From NCBI GenBank assembly GCA_050250895.1, contig JBFWNU010000006.1:379720-443719 (forward strand): a stretch of DNA of 64,000 bases. Direction: 5' to 3'. The stretch comes from Vulcanimicrobiota bacterium. GTDB lineage: Bacteria > Vulcanimicrobiota > Xenobia > Xenobiales > JADMJV01. How positions within the stretch are numbered: the stretch's first letter is position 1; every line of letters begins with the position of its first letter. Below, piece after piece: positions 1 through 8,954 of the stretch. The position numbers and the translations under genes were made by a program. Below the pieces are notes generated by a model, which was given only the letters and a program-made list of their open reading frames with translations, made no database searches and was not told where the DNA came from.

Positions 1-500
1 CCGGCCTGGCTTCGCCGCGGGCGGCTACGGCGGGTTTGGCTGCTTCGGCCGTGGCCGGCCTGGCTTCGCCGCGAGCGGCTACGGCGGGTTTGCCTGCTTC
101 GGCGGTGGCCGGCCTGGCTTCGCCGCGAGCGGCTACGGCGGGTTTGGCGGCTTCGGCGGTGGCTGGCCTGGCCTCGCCCCGAGCGGCTACGGCGGGTTTG
201 CCTGCTTCGGCGGTGGCCGGCCTGGCCTCGCCCCGAGCGGCTACGGCGGGTTTGGCGGCTTCGGCCGGGGCTGGCCTGGCCTCGCCCCGAGTGGCTACGG
301 CGGGTTTGGCGGCTTCGGCGGTGGCCGGCCTGGCCTCGCCGCGAGTGGCAGGGGCGGGTTTGGCAGCTTCGGCCGGGGCTGGCTTGGCCTCGCCGCGAGT
401 GGCTACGGCGGGTTTGGCTACTTCGGCAGGGGCTGGCTTGGCCTCGCCAGCGGTGGGCGCGGCGGACTTAGCCACTTCGGCGGTGGCCGGCCTGGCTTCG
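1..500. repeat. 54-bp tandem repeat, ~9 copies, encoding PATAEAAKPAVAARGEAR on the minus strand
   Basis: Units (ccggcctggcttcgcc..., increasingly variable) recur at 1, 55, 109, 163, 217, 271, 325, 379, 433, 487. Confidence 0.95.
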
Positions 501-3500
501 CTGCCGGTTGTGGCAGCATTCTTGGCCGTTTGGCTGGCAGCCGTCTTGGCGGCCTCTGCTCCCACGGAGGGCTTGCTGCTTTCACTCCCAGCTTTTTCGG
601 GCGCGCCAGCCTGGTTGGCCTCGCCCTGGCCTGACTTAGAGACCGGGTTGGCCTTGCTTTGTCCTTCGGCGGTCTTGACGCCTGGGGCTGCCTTGCTGTT
701 TGCACCGGCCTCGGTGGTGGCGACCTTCTTGTTGGCTTCGGTGGCCGGCTTCGTCTCGCCGCGTTTCTCTTCGCGGGCGGCGGCGGTCGTTTTGAGCTCT
801 TTCGCTGCCTCAGTGGCGCGGTCGGCAGACTTACTTGCTTCCTGGCTGATCTGTTTGGCAGTGCCTTTAGCCTCTTCGGCGTCTTTGGCCAACGCCTGGG
901 CTGTGGCGGAGTTCTTGGCGGCCTCCTCGGCCCGAGCTTTGTTTTTCTCGGTAGGCGACATTTCGGCCGCGGCTTTGGTTTTGGCCTCTTCTTTCTGGGC
1001 TTTGATGGCCGCTTCTTGAGTCTTTTTGGCGTTCTCCTCGGCCTTCAAGGCCGCCTGCTCGGCATCCTTGGCTGCCTGTTGAGCTCGCTGAGCTGATTGC
1101 TCGACCTCTTCAACCTTCTTGGCCAGGGCTGCCGGGTCGAGATTGTCCACGGCTTGTTTAGCCTCAGCCACAGCGGTTTCGACCTGAGTCGCTGCCTGGG
1201 CGGCCTGGCTGGCCGCCGTTCGTGTCTCGCTAGTGGCAGCCGCGACTTCCTGGTGGGCCGCCTGGGCGTTTTCTGTAGCCACCTGGGTTTGCTTGGCACC
1301 CTCGGCTGCACTCGCGTCGGCCACCACCGTTTTGGCCGTGTCGATAGCCTTGTTAATCGTGCTGGTCAGAGCATCGAAGAGTCCGCCCCCAGAGCCCGTT
1401 TCACCAGCTGCCGGCGCAGACGCCTCGGCCCGAACGGTGGTAGGGGCTTCGGGCTTGGTGGCCGGCTGCTCCGCCGTTTGAGCCGGCTGGTTGGCAGTCG
1501 CTTCGGCTTTGGCCGCCGGTGGAGCTTGCTCGGTGACTTTGGCGGTCGGCTGGGCTTGCTCGGTTGGCGGGGCGGCGGTTTGAGCCGGCTGGTTAGCGGT
1601 CGCTTCGGCTTTGGCCGCCGGTGGAGCTTGCTCGGCCACCTTGGCGGTCGGCTGGGCTTGCTCGGTTGGCGGGGCGGCGGTTTGAGCCGGCTGGTTAGCG
1701 GTCGCTTCGGCTTTGGCCGGTGGAGCTTGCTCGGCGACCTTGGCGGCGGGCTGGGCTTGCTCGGTTGGCGGGGCGGCGGCTTGAACCGGCTGGTTGGCGG
1801 TCGCTTCGGCTTTGGCCGGTGGAGCTTGCTCGGCCACCTTGGCGGCGGGCTGGGCTTGCTCGGTTGGCGGGGCGGCGGTTTGAGCCGGCTGGTTAGCGGT
1901 CGCTTCGGCTTTGGCCGGTGGAGCTTGCTCGGTGACCTTGGCGGTCGGCTGGGCTTGCTCGGTTGGCGGGGCGGCGGTTTGAGCCGGCTGGTTAGCGGTC
2001 GCTTCGGCTTTGGCCGGCGGAGCTTGCTCGGTGACCTTGGCGGTCGGCTGGGCTTGCTCGGTTGGCGGGGCGGCGGTTTGAGCCGGCTGGTTGGCGGTCG
2101 CTTCGGCTTTGGCCGGCGGAGCTTGCTCGGCCACCTTGGCGGTCGGCTGGGCCTGCTCGGTTGCCGGCTGACTCGGTTTGGCCTCGGCTTTGGCCGGCTG
2201 CGTAAGCTTGTTGGCCCCCTCGGCCCCGGTCTGTCCGTTTTGCTTAGCCAGGGCCTGGTCGCCGGTCGTCGACTTCTCTTTGGCCGCTTCTTCCGTTTTG
2301 GTCGCGTCACCAGCCGTCAGTGATTCTACGGCTTTTTCGGCGCGCTCGGCCGCCTGGCTGGCCACGGTAGCATTTTGCTGGGCCGAAGCATCCGCCTTGG
2401 AAGCCTCTTTGGCGGCTGAATCGGCTGTGGTGGCGTTCTTCGAGGCTTCTTCCGCCTTGACTTTGTTGGCCTCGGTGGGGGCCCTTTCGAACGCCTGTTC
2501 GGCTCGTTCCTGTTGGTGTTTGGCCTGCTCGGCCGCCTGTTCGGCTTTGATGGCTTCTTGCTTGGCTTTCTGGGCGGCGACCTCGGCCTCTTTGGCGGCC
2601 AGGGAGGCATCGTTGGCTGCCTGGACTACCTCCTGGGTTTTCTTTTGGACCTCTTCGAGCCGGGCTGGGTCCTGGACTCCGGCCTGGATGTCTTTGACCG
2701 CTTGCTCGGCCGTGGCGGCTGCCTGCTGGGCCGTCGAGGCGGCCGCCTGGGTCTGGTTTTGGGCCACGGTGGCACCCTGCTTGGCTTGAGCCGCGTCTTG
2801 AGCGGCGGCCTCGGCTTGCGCTGCGCTCTGGTGCACCGTGGCGGTGGCTTGAACCGTTTCGGCGATCTGGCTCACCGTCGTCAGAGCGCCAGCGACCATG
2901 CCACCTACCCCGGGAATGGCGGCGGCAGTGGCCGCCAGAGCGGCCGCACCCGTGGCTGCCGCCGTGGTGGCAGCCGCAGCAGCGGGGGCCGGCGTGGACA
3001 TTGCGGGAGTGGCGTCGGCTATCGGTGCGGTGGCGACGGTAGCCTGAGCTGGCGCGGTCGTGGTCGGAGCCGGGGCTGCAGCAGCGGGCGGGTTGGTTGT
3101 CGCCGGAGCAGCCTGGGCGGGGTTGGTGAGTTGGGGTGGGTTGGCAGCAGCAGCTTTGGGGGTCGCGGCTGCCTGACTCGGGGCCTCGGTCTGCGGAGCA
3201 CTTCCCGTCCCCCCGGGGTGCTCCACCACAGGAACCGTGCCCGGGTTGGAGGTCGGACCATTGGCGATGGGGGTGGAGTTGGTCACCATCGGAGGATTAT
3301 TGGCTGGCGCCTTCGGCGAGGCATTGGCCTGGCCGCTATCGCTGAACAGATTGGACAGGGTACTCGATACGCCGTCAATCGTGTTGTTGAGCAGGTTGGT
3401 CACCTGGCTGACGATTCCGCCGCTGTTCTCGGCCGGCTGGGTGGTTGGCTGGGCCGGAGGAGGCTGAGGAGGGGTGGGAGTTTCGCCCGAGCCCCCGAAG

Positions 3501-3976
3501 GCCCATTTGGCCACGGCCGTCGCGGCGCCGGCCACCGCGCCAACGGCGGCGCCGGTGGTACCGGCTAGCGCCCCACCCAGGGCGGCTCCGGTGACGGTGC
3601 TTTCCAGAATCTGCTGCCCCAGCGAGGCCGGCGCACTGGGGGCCGGGGTCGTGGTGGTTGTCGGCGTGCTGGCGCTGGCCTCTCCGAAGGAGGGTAGCGG
3701 AGCCGGTTGACTGGGGGTTTCGGCGACTGGAGTCTGGACCGGTGGGGGAGCGGGTGCCGACGCCATCGGATTGGGCACCCCGAGCACGTCGTTCCATCCC
3801 TGGGCCAGTTCTTTGTTGGCGAGCTTGTCGAGAACCTTGTCGTCGCGCAGGGTCGGGTTCGAAACCGTCGGCTTGGGGGTCACCGGGGAGGTGGTGGCGG
3901 CGACGGCTGGCAAAGACGGATTAGACTTCACCACCGCTTCAGGCCGCGGAGCGTTGACAGAATTAAAGTCAGCCAT
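1..3976 (-). CDS. Giant low-complexity Ala/Pro/Thr/Gln/Glu-rich repeat protein, >1325 aa, 3' end runs off the window (absent from the ORF track)
   Basis: ATG at 3976 downstream of GGGGAGA; reads MADFNSVNAPRPEAVVKSNPSLP... The frame was spot-checked at 3976, 2179 and 58 and is consistent. No stop was seen in the segments read. The opposite-strand ORFs are its shadows. Confidence 0.85.
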   Translation of the reverse strand, partial: MADFNSVNAPRPEAVVKSNPSLPAVAATTSPVTPKPTVSNPTLRDDKVLDKLANKELAQGWNDVLGVPNPMASAPAPPPVQTPVAETPSQPAPLPSFGEASASTPTTTTTPAPSAPASLGQQILESTVTGAALGGALAGTTGAAVGAVAGAATAVAKWAFGGSGETPTPPQPPPAQPTTQPAENSGGIVSQVTNLLNNTIDGVSSTLSNLFSDSGQANASPKAPANNPPMVTNSTPIANGPTSNPGTVPVVEHPGGTGSAPQTEAPSQAAATPKAAAANPPQLTNPAQAAPATTNPPAAAAPAPTTTAPAQATVATAPIADATPAMSTPAPAAAAATTAAATGAAALAATAAAIPGVGGMVAGALTTVSQIAETVQATATVHQSAAQAEAAAQDAAQAKQGATVAQNQTQAAASTAQQAAATAEQAVKDIQAGVQDPARLEEVQKKTQEVVQAANDASLAAKEAEVAAQKAKQEAIKAEQAAEQAKHQQERAEQAFERAPTEANKVKAEEASKNATTADSAAKEASKADASAQQNATVASQAAERAEKAVESLTAGDATKTEEAAKEKSTTGDQALAKQNGQTGAEGANKLTQPAKAEAKPSQPATEQAQPTAKVAEQAPPAKAEATANQPAQTAAPPTEQAQPTAKVTEQAPPAKAEATANQPAQTAAPPTEQAQPTAKVTEQAPPAKAEATANQPAQTAAPPTEQAQPAAKVAEQAPPAKAEATANQPVQAAAPPTEQAQPAAKVAEQAPPAKAEATANQPAQTAAPPTEQAQPTAKVAEQAPPAAKAEATANQPAQTAAPPTEQAQPTAKVTEQAPPAAKAEATANQPAQTAEQPATKPEAPTTVRAEASAPAAGETGSGGGLFDALTSTINKAIDTAKTVVADASAAEGAKQTQVATENAQAAHQEVAAATSETRTAASQAAQAATQVETAVAEAKQAVDNLDPAALAKKVEEVEQSAQRAQQAAKDAEQAALKAEENAKKTQEAAIKAQKEEAKTKAAAEMSPTEKNKARAEEAAKNSATAQALAKDAEEAKGTAKQISQEASKSADRATEAAKELKTTAAAREEKRGETKPATEANKKVATTEAGANSKAAPGVKTAEGQSKANPVSKSGQGEANQAGAPEKAGSESSKPSVGAEAAKTAASQTAKNAATTGSEARPATAEVAKSAAPTAGEAKPAPAEVAKPAVATRGEAKPAPAEAAKPAPATRGEARPATAEAAKPAVATRGEARPAPAEAAKPAVAARGEARPATAEAGKPAVAARGEARPATAEAAKPAVAARGEARPATAEAGKPAVAARGEARPATAEAAKPAVAARGEARP
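1475..2170. repeat. 99/102-bp tandem repeat, 7 copies, encoding TEQAQPTAKVAEQAPP(A)AKAEATANQPAQTAAPP on the minus strand
   Basis: gagccggctggtt (one gaacc variant) recurs at 1480, 1582, 1684, 1783, 1882, 1981, 2080. Confidence 0.95.
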
Positions 3977-4087
3977 CGGTCTTAGCTAGATCTCCCCACT
4001 TCTGCATGAATTCTGGCTGGAGCACCGATTCTCCCCTGTCGTCGATAGGGGCAGGTTTTCGGCCCGGCGCCGTCAAGGATGGCAGGC

Positions 4088-5572
4088 ATGCAAGCGCAGT
4101 CCCCAATTCGAGCCGTGGCCCTGGTCTTGCTTTCGGTCGTGCTCTCGAGCCTGGCCTTTCCTCCCTGGCGTTGGTCCTGGTTGGCCTGGGTGAGTCTGGC
4201 CCCTTTGTTGTTGGCTTTGCGGGGGCAGGGGGCGGCTCGGGGGGCTGTTTTGGGCGCCCTCTGGGGTGTGCTCTTCGAGTTGCACTTCCTGAGCTGGGCC
4301 GCACGTTACGGATGGCACGTGCTGCTGGCTTTGCTGATTTTGCGTGGCGGTCTTTGGGTGGTAGCCGCTGCCCTGGTGGCCAATCTGCGCTCGAACCAGA
4401 CCTGGCGCTGGGCGTTGCAGGTGGCCGCCGTTTGGACGCTCGTCGAGTACGTGGGCACCCTGGACCCGTTCGGCATCACCTGGGAGATGCAAGCCAATCT
4501 GCTTTCTCGTTGGTCGTGCTGGCTACCCTGGGTGGGATGGTGTGGCAGCTGGGTCTTGAGCTGGCTGCTGGTCGGGTGGAACGCCTATCTGGTAGAGCCC
4601 CGCCCGCGCCAACTGGCTTTGCCAATGGTCATCATCCTGATGCTGGCCTGCCTTGGGTGGTTGGGCCGGCCTGGCGTTAGCCCACAGCCTCCTCTCGAGG
4701 TTGGCCTGATCCAGGTTTCGTTGGGGCAAGACGTCAAGTGGAATGTGGCTTACCGAGAATTTGCCCTGGACCGATTGACCCGCTTGACTCGCCTGGCTGC
4801 GAGGCGTCGCGCGCGATTGATCGTGTGGCCCGAAACCAGTTTGCCTTATCGCAATTTTCTCAAGAACCCGCTGCTCTCGAGAAGAGTGGGAAGGTTAGCC
4901 CGCGAGGTCGAGGCATCACTCATGGCCGGGTCCATCGAGACCACCGAAGGGGGACAGTTCAACACCGCTTCTTTGTTTGGACCCGATGGCTCTTTTGCAG
5001 GACGCTATCACAAAGTCCGACTGGCTCCGTGTGCCGAGTATCTGCCCGGGCCTGTGGGCCTGCGCAAGCTTCGACTCTTCGCTCGGGTCGCCAACTACCT
5101 TCCGGGCCAGGAATTGGGGCTTTTTGAAGTGGACGGCGTCGGGGTGGGGTGCTTGATCTGCTACGAGTCCATGACCCCCGGCCTGGCTCGCCAACTCTTT
5201 CATCGGGGCGCGCGAATGCTGGTGGTGATGACCAATGACGCGCCCTTTTCGGCCAGCCCGGCGCTCGAATGTCACTTTGATGCGGCCGTCATGCGCGCGG
5301 CCGAGGTGGGATTACCGGTGGTCCAGTGTGCCAATAGCGGCATCTCGGGCTTGATCAGCGCCCAGGGCGAAGTGCTGGCTCGGACCCAGGAGGGCGAGGT
5401 CGCCGCGCTGGTCGGGCGGGTGGTGCCGGGCCGTGATGGAACCTTCTATGCTCGAACCGGGGATTGGTTCGTGTGGCTGGCTCTGGCGGCAGGATTGCTC
5501 AGCTCTCGAGAAACCAGCGGAAGTCGCGAGACCGGTAGACCGGTTGAGGAGCCGCCACCATCATTGCCCTGA
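4088..5572 (+). CDS. lnt: Apolipoprotein N-acyltransferase
   Basis: N-terminal TM helices followed by a nitrilase fold with motifs IVWPETS, YHKVRLAPCAEY, ICYES and MTNDA. Confidence 0.92.
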   Translation: MQAQSPIRAVALVLLSVVLSSLAFPPWRWSWLAWVSLAPLLLALRGQGAARGAVLGALWGVLFELHFLSWAARYGWHVLLALLILRGGLWVVAAALVANLRSNQTWRWALQVAAVWTLVEYVGTLDPFGITWEMQANLLSRWSCWLPWVGWCGSWVLSWLLVGWNAYLVEPRPRQLALPMVIILMLACLGWLGRPGVSPQPPLEVGLIQVSLGQDVKWNVAYREFALDRLTRLTRLAARRRARLIVWPETSLPYRNFLKNPLLSRRVGRLAREVEASLMAGSIETTEGGQFNTASLFGPDGSFAGRYHKVRLAPCAEYLPGPVGLRKLRLFARVANYLPGQELGLFEVDGVGVGCLICYESMTPGLARQLFHRGARMLVVMTNDAPFSASPALECHFDAAVMRAAEVGLPVVQCANSGISGLISAQGEVLARTQEGEVAALVGRVVPGRDGTFYARTGDWFVWLALAAGLLSSRETSGSRETGRPVEEPPPSLP

Positions 5573-5735
5573 CGCCCGACTCGATCGCGGCCATCGGAGC
5601 CAGGACCAGCACCCAGACTAGCGACATACCGGCGGCCTGTCCCAAGAAGGCCCGCAGCTGATCGCCGCTGGCCACGGTCAATAGCGCAGCCAGTCCGATA
5701 ACGATGATGGCGTTGGTTAGAATCCGTTCCCTCAT
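5499..5735 (-). CDS. Small two-TM membrane protein (hypothetical)
   Basis: MRERILTNAIIVIGLAALLTVA... with two hydrophobic segments; fills the gap between lnt and carD and overlaps the lnt tail. Confidence 0.55.
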   Translation of the reverse strand: MRERILTNAIIVIGLAALLTVASGDQLRAFLGQAAGMSLVWVLVLAPMAAIESGVRAMMVAAPQPVYRSRDFRWFLES

Positions 5736-5770
5736 AGACAGCAGCCTAACACCGTCTCCCGGAAATCTAA

Positions 5771-5786
5771 TGTGAAGCAAGTCACA
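5771..5786. promoter_or_regulatory. CRP/FNR-family binding box
   Basis: Perfect TGTGA-agcaag-TCACA in the divergent intergenic region upstream of carD. Confidence 0.7.
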
Positions 5787-5859
5787 TGCAACAAACTGTT
5801 TACAAAGGAAACTTTCAGGGGCGGCCGGGGTTGTATGGCCAGAAAGGATGCGATGCTAA

Positions 5860-6363
5860 ATGTACAAGCCCAAAGCCCGGGTGTCTCACCCGCTCTACGG
5901 ATTGGGCACCGTGGAATCGATCGAAGCCAAAGAGGTTCTCGACCATCGTTGCGACTATGCGGTTGTGTTTTTCCCCGAGGAAGGTCTGCGCATGATGGTG
6001 CGGGCCGATGGTGAGAACGAGTTGATTCGACCGGTGGTCAAGCCCGAGCGTGTGACAGAGGTTTTGACCTCTTTGCGGGATTTCTCCGGCGAGGGACCCG
6101 CTCGGGCCAATTGGCGCCAGCGGGTGAACCTGGCAAAGCTCAAGAGCAATGACATCTTCCAAACCGCCGAAGTGGTGAAAAATCTTTTTCTGGTCAAACA
6201 GCGCCGACGCAAGCTCAATGCCAAAGAAGAGGCCATGTTCGAGCGAGCCTGGAGAGTTCTGCTCGACGAACTCGAGCTCGCCTCTGGCTCGAGTCGCGAA
6301 GACCTCTCCCTGAAGCTAGAAGAAGCTTGCGGGGTCATACCCAGCGAACGAGCCGCCGGTTAG
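5860..6363 (+). CDS. carD: CarD/CdnL-family transcriptional regulator
   Basis: VSHPLYGLGTVESIE...NWRQRVNLAKLKSNDIFQTAEVVKNL...EEAMFERAWRVLLDEL pattern; 167 aa. Confidence 0.88.
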   Translation: MYKPKARVSHPLYGLGTVESIEAKEVLDHRCDYAVVFFPEEGLRMMVRADGENELIRPVVKPERVTEVLTSLRDFSGEGPARANWRQRVNLAKLKSNDIFQTAEVVKNLFLVKQRRRKLNAKEEAMFERAWRVLLDELELASGSSREDLSLKLEEACGVIPSERAAG

Positions 6364-6368
6364 CCGGA

Positions 6369-6397
6369 AAGGGCCCGGATACTCCGGGCCCTTCTTG
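6369..6397 (+). terminator. Hairpin, probable intrinsic terminator after carD
   Basis: AAGGGCCCGGA-tac-TCCGGGCCCTT followed by cttg. Confidence 0.65.
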
Positions 6398-6454
6398 CGT
6401 CTGGCGGCAGGATCTTCCCTGGAAGGGGACGCACCTCTTTTAGCGGAGGACCAG

Positions 6455-7294
6455 GTGGAATACGACTGGAGCGACTATCTCACTCCCGATGAACGGGAAG
6501 TCTTAGCCGAGATCGAAGGCTGGATGTCGGCCACCCCCGGCAGCCTCAAGAAGCTGATCGGGCTGGCCGGAAAGCCCCTCGAGTTTGCCTATCGGCAGGT
6601 CCCCGAATCGATCCAGAACGGCATCAGCGAGGCCATCCTCAAAGTGCTCATGACGATGCGTGACGGCACCACAGGCATGGTCTCGAGGCGCAAGGTGTAT
6701 GACAAGATTGAGGCCATTTCCGGTCCTCTGACCGGTGCGGGTGGCATCTTGAAGGTCAACATCCGCACCCTCGACCGAGTGGCCAAGGATTGTATCAAGA
6801 TGAGCAAGGCCGGTTGCGCGGCCGGAGGAGCGGCTGCCGGGGCGGCCGGTTTGCCCGGTCTGATCATCGACATTCCGACCCTTTACGGCATCCTCTTTCG
6901 CATGATTCAAGAGGTGGCTACCGTCTATGGGTTTTCGGTCAAGCCCGAGCAAGAGAAGTCGCATATTCTCAAGATCCTGGATGTGGGTCACCATCCCGAG
7001 TCGACCGAAAAGCGCAAAGGAATGGTCGAACTCGAATCGATCCAAAAGATGATTCGCGACGGCACCGCCGTGCGCGACCTGGAGCGCTTCGCCGTCCAGA
7101 AAGGCCTGCAAGCCATGGCTCGCAGTTTAGGGATTCATCTCACCCAGCGAAAGCTAGCTCAGTCGGTGGCGATCGTGGGTGGCCTGGTCGGGGCCGGCGT
7201 GAACTATCAGTTAGCTGGAGATGTCAGCGAGGTAGCCTATCACGCCTACCGCCGGCGTTTTCTGCAAGAAGTGGCGCTCACCCGCATGCTTTAG
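6455..7294 (+). CDS. EcsC-family protein
   Basis: GAAAGAAGLPGLIIDIPTL...IQEVATVYGF...KLAQSVAIVGGLVGAGVNY...AYRRRFL; GTG start after GGAGGA. Confidence 0.8.
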   Translation: MEYDWSDYLTPDEREVLAEIEGWMSATPGSLKKLIGLAGKPLEFAYRQVPESIQNGISEAILKVLMTMRDGTTGMVSRRKVYDKIEAISGPLTGAGGILKVNIRTLDRVAKDCIKMSKAGCAAGGAAAGAAGLPGLIIDIPTLYGILFRMIQEVATVYGFSVKPEQEKSHILKILDVGHHPESTEKRKGMVELESIQKMIRDGTAVRDLERFAVQKGLQAMARSLGIHLTQRKLAQSVAIVGGLVGAGVNYQLAGDVSEVAYHAYRRRFLQEVALTRML

Positions 7295-7767
7295 GCTTCG
7301 GCGGGGCGAGCCAGGCAAGTGCGCACGATATCGCGGCGGGTGACCACTCCGATGGGCTTCTCCTCGGCGAGCACCACCACGCGGCGCACGCCCTTCTCTT
7401 GCATCACGTCGGCGATTTCCCGGGCGGTGGCCTCGGGCGCGACGCTCAAAGCGGGAGCGTTCATCAGATCGCGAGCTCGAAAGCCCTTCAGTTTGCTCAT
7501 CAACTGCCGGAAGCGATGCGGCATCTCGAGGAAGAACACGCCTCCCAGCAATTGCACGTGGGGAGGCAGATGAGTATGGGCTACTTTGTGCAGCAGGTCC
7601 GAGTCCGAGACCACGCCCACCGCTCGCCCTTCGTCATCGACTACCACGAGGCCAGACACGCCGTGGTCGGCCATCTTCTGAGCGATGTCCATCAACTCGG
7701 CGTCTTGTTGGATCGTGATGGGTGGCTGGTTCATGATCTCGGCGGCAGTCAGGCGGTCGGCAAGCAT
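7291..7767 (-). CDS. CBS-domain pair protein
   Basis: Two CBS motifs (GLVVVDDEGRAVGVVSDSDLL; VVVLAEEKPIGVVTRRDIV). Confidence 0.9.
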   Translation of the reverse strand: MLADRLTAAEIMNQPPITIQQDAELMDIAQKMADHGVSGLVVVDDEGRAVGVVSDSDLLHKVAHTHLPPHVQLLGGVFFLEMPHRFRQLMSKLKGFRARDLMNAPALSVAPEATAREIADVMQEKGVRRVVVLAEEKPIGVVTRRDIVRTCLARPAEA

Positions 7768-7844
7768 AGGCCAAGCCTTCGCCTGTACAGAGCTGATTCC
7801 TCGAGTAACCAGGATCTCGGCCGGCGGTTAAACAAAGCAGTCTC

Positions 7845-8954
7845 GTGCTAGCTCGATGGAACTTCATACCTCTGCTCAGCTGCTGGCTTGGGCTGTTGAT
7901 GATTGGCCTGCCGGCGGCGGCCGAGTCCGGTCCGGCCCTGATGGTGGCCTACCCAAAACCCGGACAGGCCGAGCGTGACCTGCGAGAGGCACTCAAAGAA
8001 GCCCGCACTCGCGCTGCCCTCGATGTCGACACGGCCCCCATCATGCCCCTCTACTGGAGCGACGAGACCCATCGCCCGTTTCTCGAGGGCCTCGGTCTAA
8101 AGCCCGCCGAGTTGCCGCTGATCGGCCTGGTTGGTCGCGCTGCCTCGGGCTGGCCGGCGACCCTCGACGAACGTCTGGCGGTGGGATTGTCTCCCGATCA
8201 GGTCTTGAAAAGATACAAGGCTCGCTACCTGACCGACGAGGGACAAGCTCAGGTGGGCATCTTGACGGTGATCGACAGCCGTCGCCAGTCCAAGGACGTG
8301 ACCACTCCCATGTTGCGTGAGCTGGGGCTCCTGTTGTCTCAAACCTATGGCACCCTGAAACCGCCCTTTCCGTTGGGTGCCTATGATGTGGCCAAGCCTC
8401 CAGAATATGCTTATGTGACCCAGCATCTCGGGATCAAGGCCGAGGATTTGCCAACGGCCGTGGCGGCCAGCTTTCGCTCCGGGGTGCCTACCCGGGTGGT
8501 GCGCCGGATCACCAGTCTCGAGCAACCCGCTCTGGCCGCGCGCGAGTTGATGGCCGCGGTGCGCGGGCCGGCCCCCGCCAGCCTGGCCGTACCAGCCTCG
8601 GCCCCTTCTCCTTCTCCCATTGTCTACACCCGCGAGGGTCTGGTGGTCAGCGTGGTGCGAGCTCACCAACTGGCCGAGCAGTTGTGGAACCGGGTTAGAA
8701 ACATGCCCCTGGCGGGCGATGATGCCGCCCGCCGCAACTTGTTGGGCCTGGTCGAGACCTCGGGCCGCTTGCGCTCGCTTTATGAGGCCGGCCAGGAGCC
8801 CGGCCCGGAAGACTTTCGCCTGGCCCTGACCACCATTTCAGACTTTCGCCAGACCCACCAGCAACTGCACCTCGATAGCGAGTATCAAGCCGTCAAGAAG
8901 AGTCTGCTCGAAGTGCTAGGCCAGGTGCTGGTGGCCCACCAGCAGCTACACTAG
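7845..8954 (+). CDS. Exported hypothetical protein with an internal duplication
   Basis: Signal peptide ending PAAA-E; LGLKPAELPL and LGIKAEDLPT segments. Confidence 0.7.
   Translation: MLARWNFIPLLSCWLGLLMIGLPAAAESGPALMVAYPKPGQAERDLREALKEARTRAALDVDTAPIMPLYWSDETHRPFLEGLGLKPAELPLIGLVGRAASGWPATLDERLAVGLSPDQVLKRYKARYLTDEGQAQVGILTVIDSRRQSKDVTTPMLRELGLLLSQTYGTLKPPFPLGAYDVAKPPEYAYVTQHLGIKAEDLPTAVAASFRSGVPTRVVRRITSLEQPALAARELMAAVRGPAPASLAVPASAPSPSPIVYTREGLVVSVVRAHQLAEQLWNRVRNMPLAGDDAARRNLLGLVETSGRLRSLYEAGQEPGPEDFRLALTTISDFRQTHQQLHLDSEYQAVKKSLLEVLGQVLVAHQQLH

Noticed and set aside
1-2170. Tandem repeats as a CRISPR array
   Set aside because: The units are contiguous, have lengths that are multiples of 3, lack unique spacers, and no cas genes are present.
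36-3568. Long plus-strand ORFs (36..1019, 1097..2323, 2513..3568) and minus-strand 1366..2310
   Set aside because: These are shadow frames of the repeat-rich minus-strand gene starting at 3976; their translations are implausible G/R/L or P/R strings.
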